NCBI GenBank assembly: GCA_964016885.1
Contig: OZ024753.1
Location: forward strand, 13,640,001 to 13,704,000
DNA length: 64,000 nucleotides
Direction of reading: 5' to 3'
DNA from: Eledone cirrhosa
Taxonomy: Eukaryota
In this document: positions 11,506 through 24,096 of the stretch, one piece after another
Numbering within the stretch: the first letter of the stretch is position 1
Layout: every line of letters starts with the position of its first letter
Program-made: the position numbers and the translations under genes
Notes under the pieces: generated by a model
Seen by the model: only the letters and a program-made list of their open reading frames with translations
Told to the model about the DNA's origin: nothing
Databases searched by the model: none

Positions 11506-14500
11506 TATATTGGGATGGGCTAGTACTGGACTTGCAATATATTGGGATGGGCTAGTACTGGACTGGCAATATATTAGGTTGGGCTGGTACTGGACTGGCA
11601 ATATATTAGGTTGGGCTGGTACTGGACTTGCAATATATTAGGTTGGGCTGGTACTGGACTGGCAATATATTAGGTTGGGCTGGTACTGGACTGGCAATAT
11701 ATTAGGTTGGGCTGGTACTGGACTGGCAATATATTAGGTTGGGCTGGTACTGGACTTGCAATATATTAGGTTGGGCTGGTACTGGACTGGCAATATATTA
11801 GGTTGGGCTGGTACTGGACTTGCAATATATTGGGATGGGCTAGTACTGGACTTGCAATATATTGGGATGGGCTAGTACTGGACTTGCAATATATTGGGAT
11901 GGGCTAGTACTGGACTTGCAATATATTAGGTTGGGCTGGTACTGGACTTGCAATATATTGGGATGGGCTAGTACTGGACTTGCAATATATTGGGATGGGC
12001 TAGTACTGGACTTGCAATATATTGGGATGGGCTAGTACTGGACTTGCAATATATTAGGTTGGGCTGGTACTGGACTGGCAATATATTAGGTTGGGCTGGT
12101 ACTGGACTGGCAATATATTAGGTTGGGCTGGTACTGGACTGGCAATATATTAGGTTGGGCTGGTACTGGACTTGCAATATATTGGGATGGGCTAGTACTG
12201 GACTTGCAATATATTGGGATGGGCTGGTACTGGACTTGCAATATATTAGGTTGGGCTGGTACTGGACTTGCAATATATTGGGATGGGCTAGTACTGGACT
12301 GGCAATATATTGGGATGGGCTGGTACTGGACTTGCAATATATTAGGTTGGGCTGGTACTGGACTGGCAATATATTAGGTTGGGCTGGTACTGGACTTGCA
12401 ATATATTAGGTTGGGCTAGTACTGGACTTGCAATATATTGGGATGGGCTAGTACTGGACTGGCAATATATTAGGTTGGGCTGGTACTGGACTTGCAATAT
12501 ATTGGGATGGGCTAGTACTGGACTGGCAATATATTGGGATGGGCTAGTACTGGACTTGCAATATATTAGGTTGGGCTGGTACTGGACTTGCAATATATTG
12601 GGATGGGCTAGTACTGGACTGGCAATATATTGGGATGGGCTGGTACTGGACTTGCAATATATTAGGTTGGGCTGGTACTGGACTGGCAATATATTAGGTT
12701 GGGCTGGTACTGGACTTGCAATATATTAAGTTGGGCTAGTACTGGACTTGCAATATATTGGGATGGGCTAGTACTGGACTGGCAATATATTAGGTTGGGC
12801 TGGTACTGGACTGGCAATATATTAGGTTGGGCTGGTACTGGACTTGCAATATATTAGGTTGGGCTCGTACTGGACTTGCAATATATTAGGTTGGGCTGGT
12901 ACTGGACTGGCAATATATTAGGTTGGGCTGGTACTGGACTGGCAATATATTAGGTTGGGCTGGTACTGGACTTGCAATATATTAGGTTGGGCTGGTACTG
13001 GACTTGCAATATATTAGGTTGGGCTAGTACTGGACTTGCAATATATTGGGATGGGCTAGTACTGGACTGGCAATATATTAGGTTGGGCTGGTACTGGACT
13101 GGCAATATATTAGGTTGGGATGGTACTGGACTTGCAATATATTAGGTTGGGCTGGTACTGGACTTGCAATATATTAGGTTGGGCTAGTACTGGACTTGCA
13201 ATATATTGGGATGGGCTAGTACTGGACTGGCAATATATTAGGTTGGGCTGGTACTGGACTGGCAATATATTAGGTTGGGCTGGTACTGGACTTGCAATAT
13301 ATTAGGTTGGGCTGGTACTGGACTGGCAATATATTAGGTTGGGCTGGTACTGGACTTGCAATATATTAGGTTGGGCTGGTACTGGACTGGCAATATATTA
13401 GGTTGGGCTGGTACTGGACTGGCAATATATTAGGTTGGGCTGGTACTGGACTGGCAATATATTAGGTTGGGCTGGTACTGGACTTGCAATATATTAGGTT
13501 GGGCTGGTACTGGACTGGCAATATATTAGGTTGGGCTGGTACTGGACTTGCAATATATTGGGATGGGCTAGTACTGGACTTGCAATATATTGGGATGGGC
13601 TAGTACTGGACTTGCAATATATTGGGATGGGCTAGTACTGGACTTGCAATATATTAGGTTGGGCTGGTACTGGACTTGCAATATATTGGGATGGGCTAGT
13701 ACTGGACTTGCAATATATTGGGATGGGCTAGTACTGGACTTGCAATATATTGGGATGGGCTAGTACTGGACTTGCAATATATTAGGTTGGGCTGGTACTG
13801 GACTGGCAATATATTAGGTTGGGCTGGTACTGGACTGGCAATATATTAGGTTGGGCTGGTACTGGACTTGCAATATATTAAGTTGGGCTAGTACTGGACT
13901 TGCAATATATTGGGATGGGCTAGTACTGGACTGGCAATATATTAGGTTGGGCTGGTACTGGACTGGCAATATATTAGGTTGGGCTGGTACTGGACTTGCA
14001 ATATATTAGGTTGGGCTCGTACTGGACTTGCAATATATTAGGTTGGGCTGGTACTGGACTGGCAATATATTAGGTTGGGCTGGTACTGGACTGGCAATAT
14101 ATTAGGTTGGGCTGGTACTGGACTTGCAATATATTAGGTTGGGCTGGTACTGGACTTGCAATATATTAGGTTGGGCTAGTACTGGACTTGCAATATATTG
14201 GGATGGGCTAGTACTGGACTGGCAATATATTAGGTTGGGCTGGTACTGGACTGGCAATATATTAGGTTGGGATGGTACTGGACTTGCAATATATTAGGTT
14301 GGGCTGGTACTGGACTTGCAATATATTAGGTTGGGCTAGTACTGGACTTGCAATATATTGGGATGGGCTAGTACTGGACTGGCAATATATTAGGTTGGGC
14401 TGGTACTGGACTGGCAATATATTAGGTTGGGCTGGTACTGGACTTGCAATATATTAGGTTGGGCTGGTACTGGACTGGCAATATATTAGGTTGGGCTGGT

Positions 14501-16745
14501 ACTGGACTTGCAATATATTAGGTTGGGCTGGTACTGGACTGGCAATATATTAGGTTGGGCTGGTACTGGACTGGCAATATATTAGGTTGGGCTGGTACTG
14601 GACTGGCAATATATTAGGTTGGGCTGGTACTGGACTTGCAATATATTAGGTTGGGCTGGTACTGGACTGGCAATATATTAGGTTGGGCTGGTACTGGACT
14701 TGCAATATATTGGGATGGGCTAGTACTGGACTTGCAATATATTGGGATGGGCTAGTACTGGACTTGCAATATATTGGGATGGGCTAGTACTGGACTTGCA
14801 ATATATTAGGTTGGGCTGGTACTGGACTTGCAATATATTGGGATGGGCTAGTACTGGACTTGCAATATATTGGGATGGGCTAGTACTGGACTTGCAATAT
14901 ATTGGGATGGGCTAGTACTGGACTTGCAATATATTAGGTTGGGCTGGTACTGGACTGGCAATATATTAGGTTGGGCTGGTACTGGACTGGCAATATATTA
15001 GGTTGGGCTGGTACTGGACTGGCAATATATTAGGTTGGGCTGGTACTGGACCTGCAATATATTGGGATGGGCTAGTACTGGACTTGCAATATATTGGGAT
15101 GGGCTGGTACTGGACTGGCAATATATTAGGTTGGGCTGGTACTGGACTTGCAATATATTGGGATGGGCTAGTACTGGACTGGCAATATATTGGGATGGGC
15201 TGGTACTGGACTTGCAATATATTAGGTTGGGCTGGTACTGGACTGGCAATATATTAGGTTGGGCTGGTACTGGACTTGCAATATATTAGGTTGGGCTAGT
15301 ACTGGACTTGCAATATATTGGGATGGGCTAGTACTGGACTGGCAATATATTAGGTTGGGCTGGTACTGGACTTGCAATATATTGGGATGGGCTAGTACTG
15401 GACTGGCAATATATTGGGATGGGCTAGTACTGGACTTGCAATATATTAGGTTGGGCTGGTACTGGACTTGCAATATATTGGGATGGGCTAGTACTGGACT
15501 GGCAATATATTGGGATGGGCTGGTACTGGACTTGCAATATATTAGGTTGGGCTGGTACTGGACTGGCAATATATTAGGTTGGGCTGGTACTGGACTTGCA
15601 ATATATTAAGTTGGGCTAGTACTGGACTTGCAATATATTGGGATGGGCTAGTACTGGACTGGCAATATATTAGGTTGGGCTGGTACTGGACTGGCAATAT
15701 ATTAGGTTGGGCTGGTACTGGACTTGCAATATATTAGGTTGGGCTCGTACTGGACTTGCAATATATTAGGTTGGGCTGGTACTGGACTGGCAATATATTA
15801 GGTTGGGCTGGTACTGGACTGGCAATATATTAGGTTGGGCTGGTACTGGACTTGCAATATATTAGGTTGGGCTGGTACTGGACTTGCAATATATTAGGTT
15901 GGGCTAGTACTGGACTTGCAATATATTGGGATGGGCTAGTACTGGACTGGCAATATATTAGGTTGGGCTGGTACTGGACTGGCAATATATTAGGTTGGGA
16001 TGGTACTGGACTTGCAATATATTAGGTTGGGCTGGTACTGGACTTGCAATATATTAGGTTGGGCTAGTACTGGACTTGCAATATATTGGGATGGGCTAGT
16101 ACTGGACTGGCAATATATTAGGTTGGGCTGGTACTGGACTGGCAATATATTAGGTTGGGCTGGTACTGGACTTGCAATATATTAGGTTGGGCTGGTACTG
16201 GACTGGCAATATATTAGGTTGGGCTGGTACTGGACTTGCAATATATTAGGTTGGGCTGGTACTGGACTGGCAATATATTAGGTTGGGCTGGTACTGGACT
16301 TCCAAAATTTTAGGTTGGGCTGGTACTGGACTGGCAATATATTAGGTTGGGCTGGTACTGGACTTGCAATATATTAGGTTGGGCTGGTACTGGACTGGCA
16401 ATATATTAGGTTGGGCTGGTACTGGACTGGCAATATATTAGGTTGGGCTGGTACTGGACTGGCAATATTTTAGGTTGGGCTGGTACTGGACTGGCAATAT
16501 ATTAGGTTGGGCTGGTACTGGACTTGCAATATATTAGGTTGGGCTGGTACTGGACTGGCAATATATTAGGTTGGGCTGGTACTGGACTTGCAATATTTTA
16601 GGTTGGGCTGGTACTGGACTTGCAATATTTTAGGTTGGGCTGGTACTGGACTTGCAATATTTTAGGTTGGGCTGGTACTGGACTTGCAATATTTTAGGTT
16701 GGGCTGGTACTGGACTTGCAATATTTTAGGTTGGGCTGGTACTGT
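11506..16745. repeat. 32-bp satellite, ~164 units, with higher-order structure
   Basis: Unit ATATATTRGGWTGGGCTRGTACTGGACTKGCA; rare variants recur at 1152- and 2880-bp offsets. Confidence 0.97.
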
Positions 16746-16839
16746 AACCTATTGACTAAACATTAAACATTTGTTGAGGCTTCAGTTGAAAATATTTACC
16801 TGGTTAATTTGATTTGCCTGCAACAATATGGAATAAGAA

Positions 16840-17180
16840 ACGTGTGGTCTAGTGGTTAAGTGTTGTACTGGCTTCAATTCCTAGACAGGTGATGGCGCAT
16901 GCTCTAGTGGTAATGGTGCCAGAGTTACAATCATAATGGCATGGGTTTGATTCCTGGACTGGACTGTGTGTTGTGTTCTTGAGTAAAACACTTGATTTCA
17001 CGTTGCTCCAGTATACTCAGCTGAAAATGAGTACCAGCAGCAATAGCTCGGGATTTAACCCTGCAATGGACTGGCATCCTGTCCAGGGGTGAGTCTTGTA
17101 CTCTTAGTTGCATCATGCTACAGAAATGAGGAGAAACACCGGTCTGATGAGCCTTCGAGCTTCTGACAGATGTTAGATTC
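16840..17180 (+). mobile_element. tRNA-SINE family C (CORE-like plus V-like CTGCAATGGACTGGCATCCTGTCCAGGGG segment)
   Basis: tRNA-like head, TTCTTGAGTAAAACACTT, AAAATGAGTACCAG; copies ~38340-38620 and ~47640-47815. Confidence 0.7.
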
Positions 17181-17365
17181 GTAGACTGGGCTGTGCATTA
17201 TATGTTCATGATCCTGTACTCTACCGAGTGCATTTTATTGACAACAGCACTAAGGTGGTTGTCATGCCTTTGATACAACTATGAAAATCATAGGCAGTTT
17301 CTCTCTTTAAAAATATGATAAAATGGTTGAAGTGAGTTATATTTATGTAAGAACCTTCCATCATA

Positions 17366-17556
17366 ATTTGTTTCTATTTTTGGCACAAGGCCAGCAATTA
17401 TCCCAGTGCATTACTGGTACTTTATTTTATCGAACTCCATAAGGATGAAAGGCAAAGTTAACCTTGGTGGGATTTGAACTCGACCATAAAGGGCCGTAAC
17501 TCTATGCTGGAAAGCATGGTGTCCGACCCTCTACCGATACTGCCAACCACCACCCT
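17366..17556 (-). mobile_element. SINE family A
   Basis: Full reverse copy flanked by TCATAATTT direct repeats (TSD). Confidence 0.85.
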
Positions 17557-18186
17557 ATCATAATTTAATATAATTTAATATGAAAACATCAGCTTAATAA
17601 TAGGAAGTCATTTTACTGAACCCCTCCAAATTCTTGATTATGTTCAACGTTATTAAAATATCATAAGGCAAAGTTTCATTAGAAATACAGTAAGGAAAGG
17701 GTTACAGAGTAATAATATCCCCATGATGATGGTGATGATGATAACCAGAGGCATTCAATGTACTGAGAAAAAACAAAATTACCTACAAAAAAAAAAAATT
17801 CAGCCCCCACCAAAATTAAGTTCGCACCTAATAACTTAAACTTCCTTTCACTGTGTCCAAACAGCCCTACACAGGATGTGCTGGAGGGTGGAGGAGGTGA
17901 CAGGGGACCTAGGAAATAGGTTAAATATGACCTAATATTTAAATTAAATAATGTTTACAATGAATATTTTCTTCCAGTTGGATGTGATTTGTTGACTAAT
18001 GTAGAGAGTCACGCTATAAACTAACTCTTGAGAGCCAAATAATAGAGGGTGGGGGTGAGGAGTTGGACATTTGCTTAAATTCTTATAAGCAGGGGAGGGA
18101 GGTATCGGTAATTGTATAGTGTACATTTGTAAATATGGGGATTCTTGTTATGTTCTCTTTTTGTCATATATAATGTTTTTTTTTTT

Positions 18187-18412
18187 TAACCCTTTAGCAT
18201 TCAATTACTCTATATATACTATTATATTTTCATGGTAAGGGCTTTACCTCACATAATTATCTCACATAATATCGAATCTATGAGATTTTGAAAGTATTTA
18301 TTTTGAGAACAATACCTTAACATCAGTTTGAGTGACCAGTTACAGCCAGTTTCAACAGAAAAAGGTAGAGAATTCTGGCCGGTTTTGGCCGGTTTGAACA
18401 TTAAAGGGTTAA
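18187..18412. mobile_element. piggyBac-type MITE
   Basis: TTAACCCTTTAGC...AAAGGGTTAA. Confidence 0.85.
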
Positions 18413-18442
18413 ATGTAAAATAAAATTATTATTAGATTCTCC

Positions 18443-18632
18443 AAGGGCGGTGGATTGACAGTATCGGTAGAGGGTCGGACATCATTCTTTGCAGCATAGT
18501 TATGGCACTTTATGATCTGAGTTCAAATCCCACCAAGGTTAACTTTGTCTTTCATCCTTACGGGGTCGATAAAATAAAGTATCAGTAATACACTGGATAA
18601 TTGCTGGCCTTGTGCCAAAAGTAGAAACAGTT
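18443..18632 (+). mobile_element. SINE family A with 16-bp TSD
   Basis: TTATTAGATTCTCCAA on both sides. Confidence 0.9.
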
Positions 18633-19404
18633 ATTAGATTCTCCAACTGCTGTATCAATATGATTGTCACAATAAAATTCTGCCAGAGATAGATTAGCAA
18701 AATTTAATAAGCAGGAGGGTTGGAACGATTATTCAAGACCTGAGAGTAATCTGTTAGAGCAGGATTAATTATAATAGGTTAGGGCAGGATTAACTCTTTC
18801 CTGACTGTATTTCTAATGAAATACACTCTATTTTAATTAATTAATGAAAAATTTTGAGGGATTTTCTAAAATTATTAATCATTTCATTACCAAGTTAATA
18901 ACTTAACATAAGGTTTTTCTTATATAAAATTATGTTGGAAGATTTTAATTTAAATTGGAAACCTGTAAAATGGGTGACTTTATTTCATAGAATCAGAGAT
19001 GGTTTTGGCTGGGTTGTAAACAAAAGGGTTTATTATATGTTAGAGCAGGATTAATTATGAGAATTAAATAAGAGATTATCTCAATTAAAAATGCCATGAA
19101 ATAAACATTTTAAGGTAGAAAAATCAGAACAAAAGCAAAAATATATCTATGAAGTGATGTAACAAAAGAAATAGAAGGGATTATAGATGTCAGTAGAAAG
19201 GGGTGTAGGCAGGTGTCCTAGTGGTTAGGTAATCCGTTTGATTCCTTGATTGGGCAGCACATTGTGCCCGAGAGTACAACACTTTATTTCACATTGTTCA
19301 AGCATACTCAGCTGGCGAAACAAGATAGTTGTAATGACACAGGTGTCAAGCTGTATGGGTCTTTGCCTTTCCCTTGGACATTATATATATATATATATAT
19401 ATAT

Positions 19405-19864
19405 ATAGTAGCAGTAGCAGTACCCAGTGTTGCCTGGGTAAGTAAAATATCATCTGCTTTGATGAAAAGGTGTTGATCTTAGCAACTGCTTCTTGATGAC
19501 TCATCTATGGCCACACACAGGCCATGCGGGGGAGGGTGGTGATGACCTCTATCACTGAGAAACGCGGGTGACTGACGAAGGGGCATGCTGGGGGAGGGAG
19601 TTTCGAATTTGAACGAAATCGGTTGAAAAATGTGGGAGCTAGAGCCAAAAATCTTATTTTTCGATACCTAAAAAAGGTGACCCCCCCTATCGATTTTTAT
19701 CTGCAGAATGACCCCGGAATAAAAAAACGATACGCTGATATATAGAAAACACTCCCCGATGACTAATCTATGAGCCTGTAAAGTTTCATGAAAATCGGTC
19801 GTAAGATAGGTATTACACAGACACACAGACACACACACATACTTAATTTTATATATATACAGAT
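19405..19864 (-). mobile_element. Non-autonomous Helitron/HINE-like element
   Basis: TAGCAGTACCCAGTGTTGCCTGGGTA hairpin at one end; AAAGTTTCATGAAAATCGGT plus (ACAG/AC)n and TTATATATATACAGAT at the other, as in Lep1/DINE-type elements; sits between TA runs. Confidence 0.5.
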
Positions 19865-19983
19865 ATATATAGTGAAGGCGCATGGCTTAGTGGTTAGAGC
19901 ATTGGGCTTGCAATTGAAAGGTTGTAAGTTCAATTCTCAGACCGGGTGATGTGTTGTTTCCTTGAGCAAGACACTTTATTTCA

Positions 19984-20340
19984 CATCAGATAAAATACAA
20001 AGTTTGTTTTATAAATATTGACATATCCAGGAATGAGACCTTAACGGTTCAAGTTTTACCTGGATAGGGTAAACTTGAACCAGGTAAAACTTGAACCGTT
20101 AAGGTCTCATCCCTGGATATGTCAATATTTACAAAACAAGCTTTGTATTTTATCTGATGAGAGCGTACCAAAGTTTTGGTACCCTTGAAATATATATAAT
20201 AGAATAAATATGGTTTTATAAATATAGTTTCCATTTATTAATATCATTGATATTATACTTCAGAATATCTGTAGAGTGCTTCGAAACTGTTATAAATATA
20301 TTTGTTGAATTACCAACAAATTAAATATCCCTTTGCTTAT
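19984..20340 (+). mobile_element. Hammerhead-bearing non-coding element (HH family 1) with 80-bp 5' fold-back
   Basis: 19984-20063 is the reverse complement of 20080-20159; homologous to 54220-54478, 54920-55097, 55135-55495. Confidence 0.8.
20146..20206 (+). ncRNA. Type I hammerhead ribozyme motif
   Basis: tattttat-CTGATGA-gagcgtacca aagttt tggtaccctt-GAAA-tatata-TA-atagaata; 8-bp stem I; palindromic TA stem III. Confidence 0.8.
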
Positions 20341-20520
20341 CATCATCATCATCATCGTTTAACGTCTATCTTCCATGCTAGCATGGGTTTAGATGGGAAT
20401 TGTCCCACTTGAGGCAAGATTGGTCGTCTCGCTCGTATGGAACTGTCTGGCATATATATATATATATGTCTAACCCATGCTAGCGTGGAAAATGGACGTT
20501 AAACGAAGATGATGATGATG

Positions 20521-20556
<36 letters not shown>

Positions 20557-20559
<3 letters not shown>

Positions 20560-21832
20560 GGCCTTCCTAAAGTCAATGAAAACCATGACCGCAGGAAGGC
20601 ACTTTGCTCTAGCTCCCTCTAATATCCTCCTCAGCATCAGGATGTGACTGGTGGTTGATCTACCCTCTCTGAAGCCGTTCTGGTTGTCCCTGAGCTTCTT
20701 CTCCATCTCAGGCTGGATCCTGTTAAGAATCATCCTGTTGAGGGTCTTTGCCACAAGTGACATCAGTGAGATCCCCCGGTAGTTGTTGGTGTTAGAGAGA
20801 TCTCCCTTCTTTGGCACTGGGACGATGTTACCGATCCTCCACTGATTCGGGGCAACTCCTTTCTCCAGTGCCTCGTTACAGAACCCCAGGATGATATCAT
20901 CAAAATCACACCTCTTCATCACCTCTGATGCCACTCCATCTTCTCCATGAGCCTTGCCCTCCTTGATCCTCTTCTTGGCTCTCTGAAGCTCCTCTCTGGT
21001 GAAGGGCTCTGTCTCAACATCCAGTTCCTCAAACAGCCGCCTGATCTCCCCAGTGCTCTGGGCTGTGGAGGGTGGCTCTCCTAGTAGGGTCCTAAAATGG
21101 TCTAGCCATTTCCTCTTCCTATCCTCGGGCCCCGTTCCCTGGATCTGACTCGAACACCTTCTCTTCCTCCCTGTGATCTCGTTGATCATCCAGCTCTCCT
21201 TACATCCAGATCTGTCAACCGCTCTCTCCACACTTCTGATCTTCTCTATCAGTGCCTCCTCTCTGACCTCAGTGTAAGCGGTACAGAGCTCTTCCCTCAT
21301 CACCTCCAGTCTCCATCCTCTCCTCCGTAGGATCAGCATAGAATTGGTCCCTGGCAGCTTTCAGGTGTTCTCTGGCTGCACACACTTTTGGGTTTGCAGA
21401 GCTGACGTGCTTCCCTTTGTTCTTTTTCCTCGGCACCAGGGTTTCACTTGCTTCCGCCACTGCATTGGTGAAGTGCCCGTACCTCCTCGTCACATTCTCC
21501 TCAGTCCATCCAATCTCTCTCTCCTCTCTCTCTCCTCTGACTCTCCACACAGAGCACTAAACCTGTTTCTCACTTCCACTGTGAACCTCTCCTGTAGCTT
21601 ATCATCTTCCTTGAAAGCTCCCCAGTCATAAATTGTTCTCCGGGGCTGAGCCTTGCTCTTTCTTAAGCTCACGTGGACCTCACTCATAACAAGCCGGTGG
21701 TCACTCCCCAGTGTACTGAAATAGCTGTATGGTTCCGTGTTCAGAACACTATTCTGCCACTTTTTCCTCACCAGAATGAAATCAATCTGGGACTTGGACA
21801 GGTGCATATCTGAGATGTAGGTCCACATCTTC
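20557..21832 (-). mobile_element. Inverted 5' part (EN end to RT start) of RTE-X-like LINE (family 3)
   Basis: SQIDFILVRKKW, SDHRLV, NYRGISLMS, NQNGFREGRSTTSHI, FIDFRKA. Confidence 0.9.
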
Positions 21833-21834
21833 CC

Positions 21835-22328
21835 CAGATTCTTCCTAAATCGGTGTGGAAGTCGGACCTTCGTAGAGACCTGAAAATCCGCCTCTTCATT
21901 GCTGTAGTGGAGTCTGTGCTGCTGTATGGGTCTGAGACTTGGACACTGACCAAGAAACTCACTCAGATGGTGGATGGGTGCTACACGAGAATGCTGAGGA
22001 TGGCTCTGAACATTAATCAGTATACACTGAGGATGAAAAACTGAGCTGTATGGGAGCATCCCAAAAGTCAGCTCAAAAGTGACACAGAGGAGACTGTGGT
22101 TGGCTGGACATGCTCACCGACATCCAGAGTTGACATTGCACCCAGTGCTCCTGTGGGAGCCCCTACATGGACACACTAGAAGAGGAAGACCAAGGTTAAT
22201 GTATGTTGATGCCCTAAGGACAGACACTGGTCTGTTGGAGATGCAGGACATGGCAGCGATAATGAGGGACAGAGACCGCTGGAGAGATCTCGGGAATTTT
22301 ACCCGCCTTAGATAGATAGATAGATATA
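21835..22328 (+). mobile_element. 3' part of the same RTE-X-like LINE
   Basis: VESVLLYGSETWTLT, RLWLAGH, LLWEPLHG..RRGRP; (TAGA)n tail. Confidence 0.9.
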
Positions 22329-22488
22329 AATAAATATACACGGGTGTGTATGATTGTGTATAGATGATTATATTAATAAAAGGAATTCCAACTTTGTCTG
22401 ATTTACTCGTTTTATTTACAATCCTTTAAAATTTATAATGGTACTAGAATGAAATAGTATGGTGGAATATTAAATGTTAAGTGTTAAT

Positions 22489-22527
22489 TGAACAAGTACT
22501 TTCATGCTTTCGCAATCTTCAAATTCA
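22489..22527 (-). ncRNA. Hammerhead motif with C3-to-U core change
   Basis: tgaat-TTGAAGA-t-tgc-gaaa-gca-t-GAAA-gtac-TT-gttca; GNRA-capped stem II; palindromic AGTACT stem III. Confidence 0.55.
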
Positions 22528-22602
22528 TATTCTGCGTTGACAGTCAAGTTTGCAATTTTCAACTGTATATATATAGTGGAATATATATATATATATATAT
22601 AT

Positions 22603-22942
22603 ATAGGAAAAAGTATGACCCCGACGGCAGAGCTCAAGCCGTTTCGACGGCTATTTCTGGAAATAGCCGTCGAAACGGCTTGAGCTCTGCCGTCGGGGGT
22701 CATACTTTTTCCTATTTCTCACTCTACTACCCTAAGTATTGAGTACTCTGGTGCGTTATGGTCCATCTGGTTCCTTACCACAATTCCTTTGTTATTTAGC
22801 TCCTATCTCTGTAGTAGAGCACTTTCCGACTCTACCACGCCATATCCCGACTTTTCCACCCAGCTCAAGTTTCTTCACCCTAGCCCAGAATTAACCGTCG
22901 AAACGGCTTGAGCTCTGCCGTCGGGGTCATACTTGTTCCTAT
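22603..22942. mobile_element. PLE-like non-coding element in (TA)n: ~112-bp palindrome plus terminal direct repeat
   Basis: 22603-22714 palindrome; CCGTCGAAACGGCTTGAGCTCTGCCGTCGGGG repeated at ~22896-22940. Confidence 0.7.
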
Positions 22943-22980
22943 ATATATATATATATATTGGAATATATATATATATATTG

Positions 22981-23027
<47 letters not shown>

Positions 23028-23068
23028 CGAAACATAAGTCAATTGCATGAACTCATAATCCTTTATTT

Positions 23069-23124
23069 ACTGCTATATATATTTCGATGATAGCCATTGA
23101 ATGGCTATGACCTCATCAGGCAGT
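23069..23124 (-). ncRNA. Type I hammerhead ribozyme motif
   Basis: actgc-CTGATGA-ggtcatagccatt c aatggctatcatc-GAAA-tatata-TA-gcagt. Confidence 0.8.
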
Positions 23125-23487
23125 TAGTCAGTTCTTAGATATGCCAGCTCTGTGTTTATAGTGTTGAATATATATATATTCCAAGCTGTTTATTCATATT
23201 TTTGCTGGGTTAACCAATATATTTTGCCCTATTCTTTCTATTTATTTCTTATACTCCAGTTTATTATATAGCATGTCATATATACAACATATGGTATTTT
23301 ATTTTGTAAACCAATGTTCTTATGATTATCTTCCGTATTGTATACACTCACTTCTCTGATGTGCACTACATGGAAATGGTGTGTGTATGTGTGTGTGTGT
23401 GTGTGTCTATATATTTGTGTGTGTGTGTTTATATTATGTCATCCTAATCATCATCATCATCATCAACGTTTAACGTCTACCTTCCAC

Positions 23488-23880
23488 GTTTGTGTGTGTA
23501 TATATTTGTGTATGAATGTGTATGCATATATGTATGTGTGTATGTGTGTATGTATGTGTATGCATATATGTATGTGTGTTTGTATATATGTATGTGTGTA
23601 TGTATGTATATGCATATATGTATATGTATGTGTGTGTTTGTATATATGTATGTGTATGTATGTATGTATGTATGTATGTATGTATATACATGTATGTATG
23701 TATATACATGTATGTATGTATATACATGTATGTATGTATATACATGTATATATGTATATACATGTATATATGTATATACATGTATATATGTATATACATG
23801 TGTATATATATATATATATATACATGTATATATATATATACATGTATATATATATATACATGTATATATATATATACATG

Positions 23881-23912
<32 letters not shown>

Positions 23913-24096
23913 CATATATGTATATATATATGTATATATATACATGTATATATATATGTATATATATACATGTATATATATACATATATGTATATATATA
24001 TGTATATATATACATGTATATATATATGTATATATATACATGTATATATATACATATATGTATATATATGTATATATATATACATATATATATACA
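23488..24096. repeat. TA/TG/CA microsatellite
   Basis: Low complexity; source of YIYI ORFs. Confidence 0.95.

Noticed and set aside
11506-16745. CRISPR-like 32-bp periodicity
   Set aside because: No unique spacers and no cas genes; eukaryotic satellite.
17143-17165. CTGATGAG in SINE C tail; likewise CTGATGAAAG at ~47136
   Set aside because: No downstream GAAA or stems; part of SINE or MITE sequence.
18024-18748. Possible old MITE (TACTCTTGAG...CTGAGAGTA ends) enclosing younger insertions
   Set aside because: TIR match too degenerate and no TSD verified.
20049-20234. Recurrent METIFIKP... ORF (also ending at 54367 and 55388)
   Set aside because: Antisense reading of the hammerhead element; length and frame not conserved.
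23490-24096. N-terminal extension of the 991-aa ORF
   Set aside because: Microsatellite fortuitously in frame with a truncated LINE ORF.
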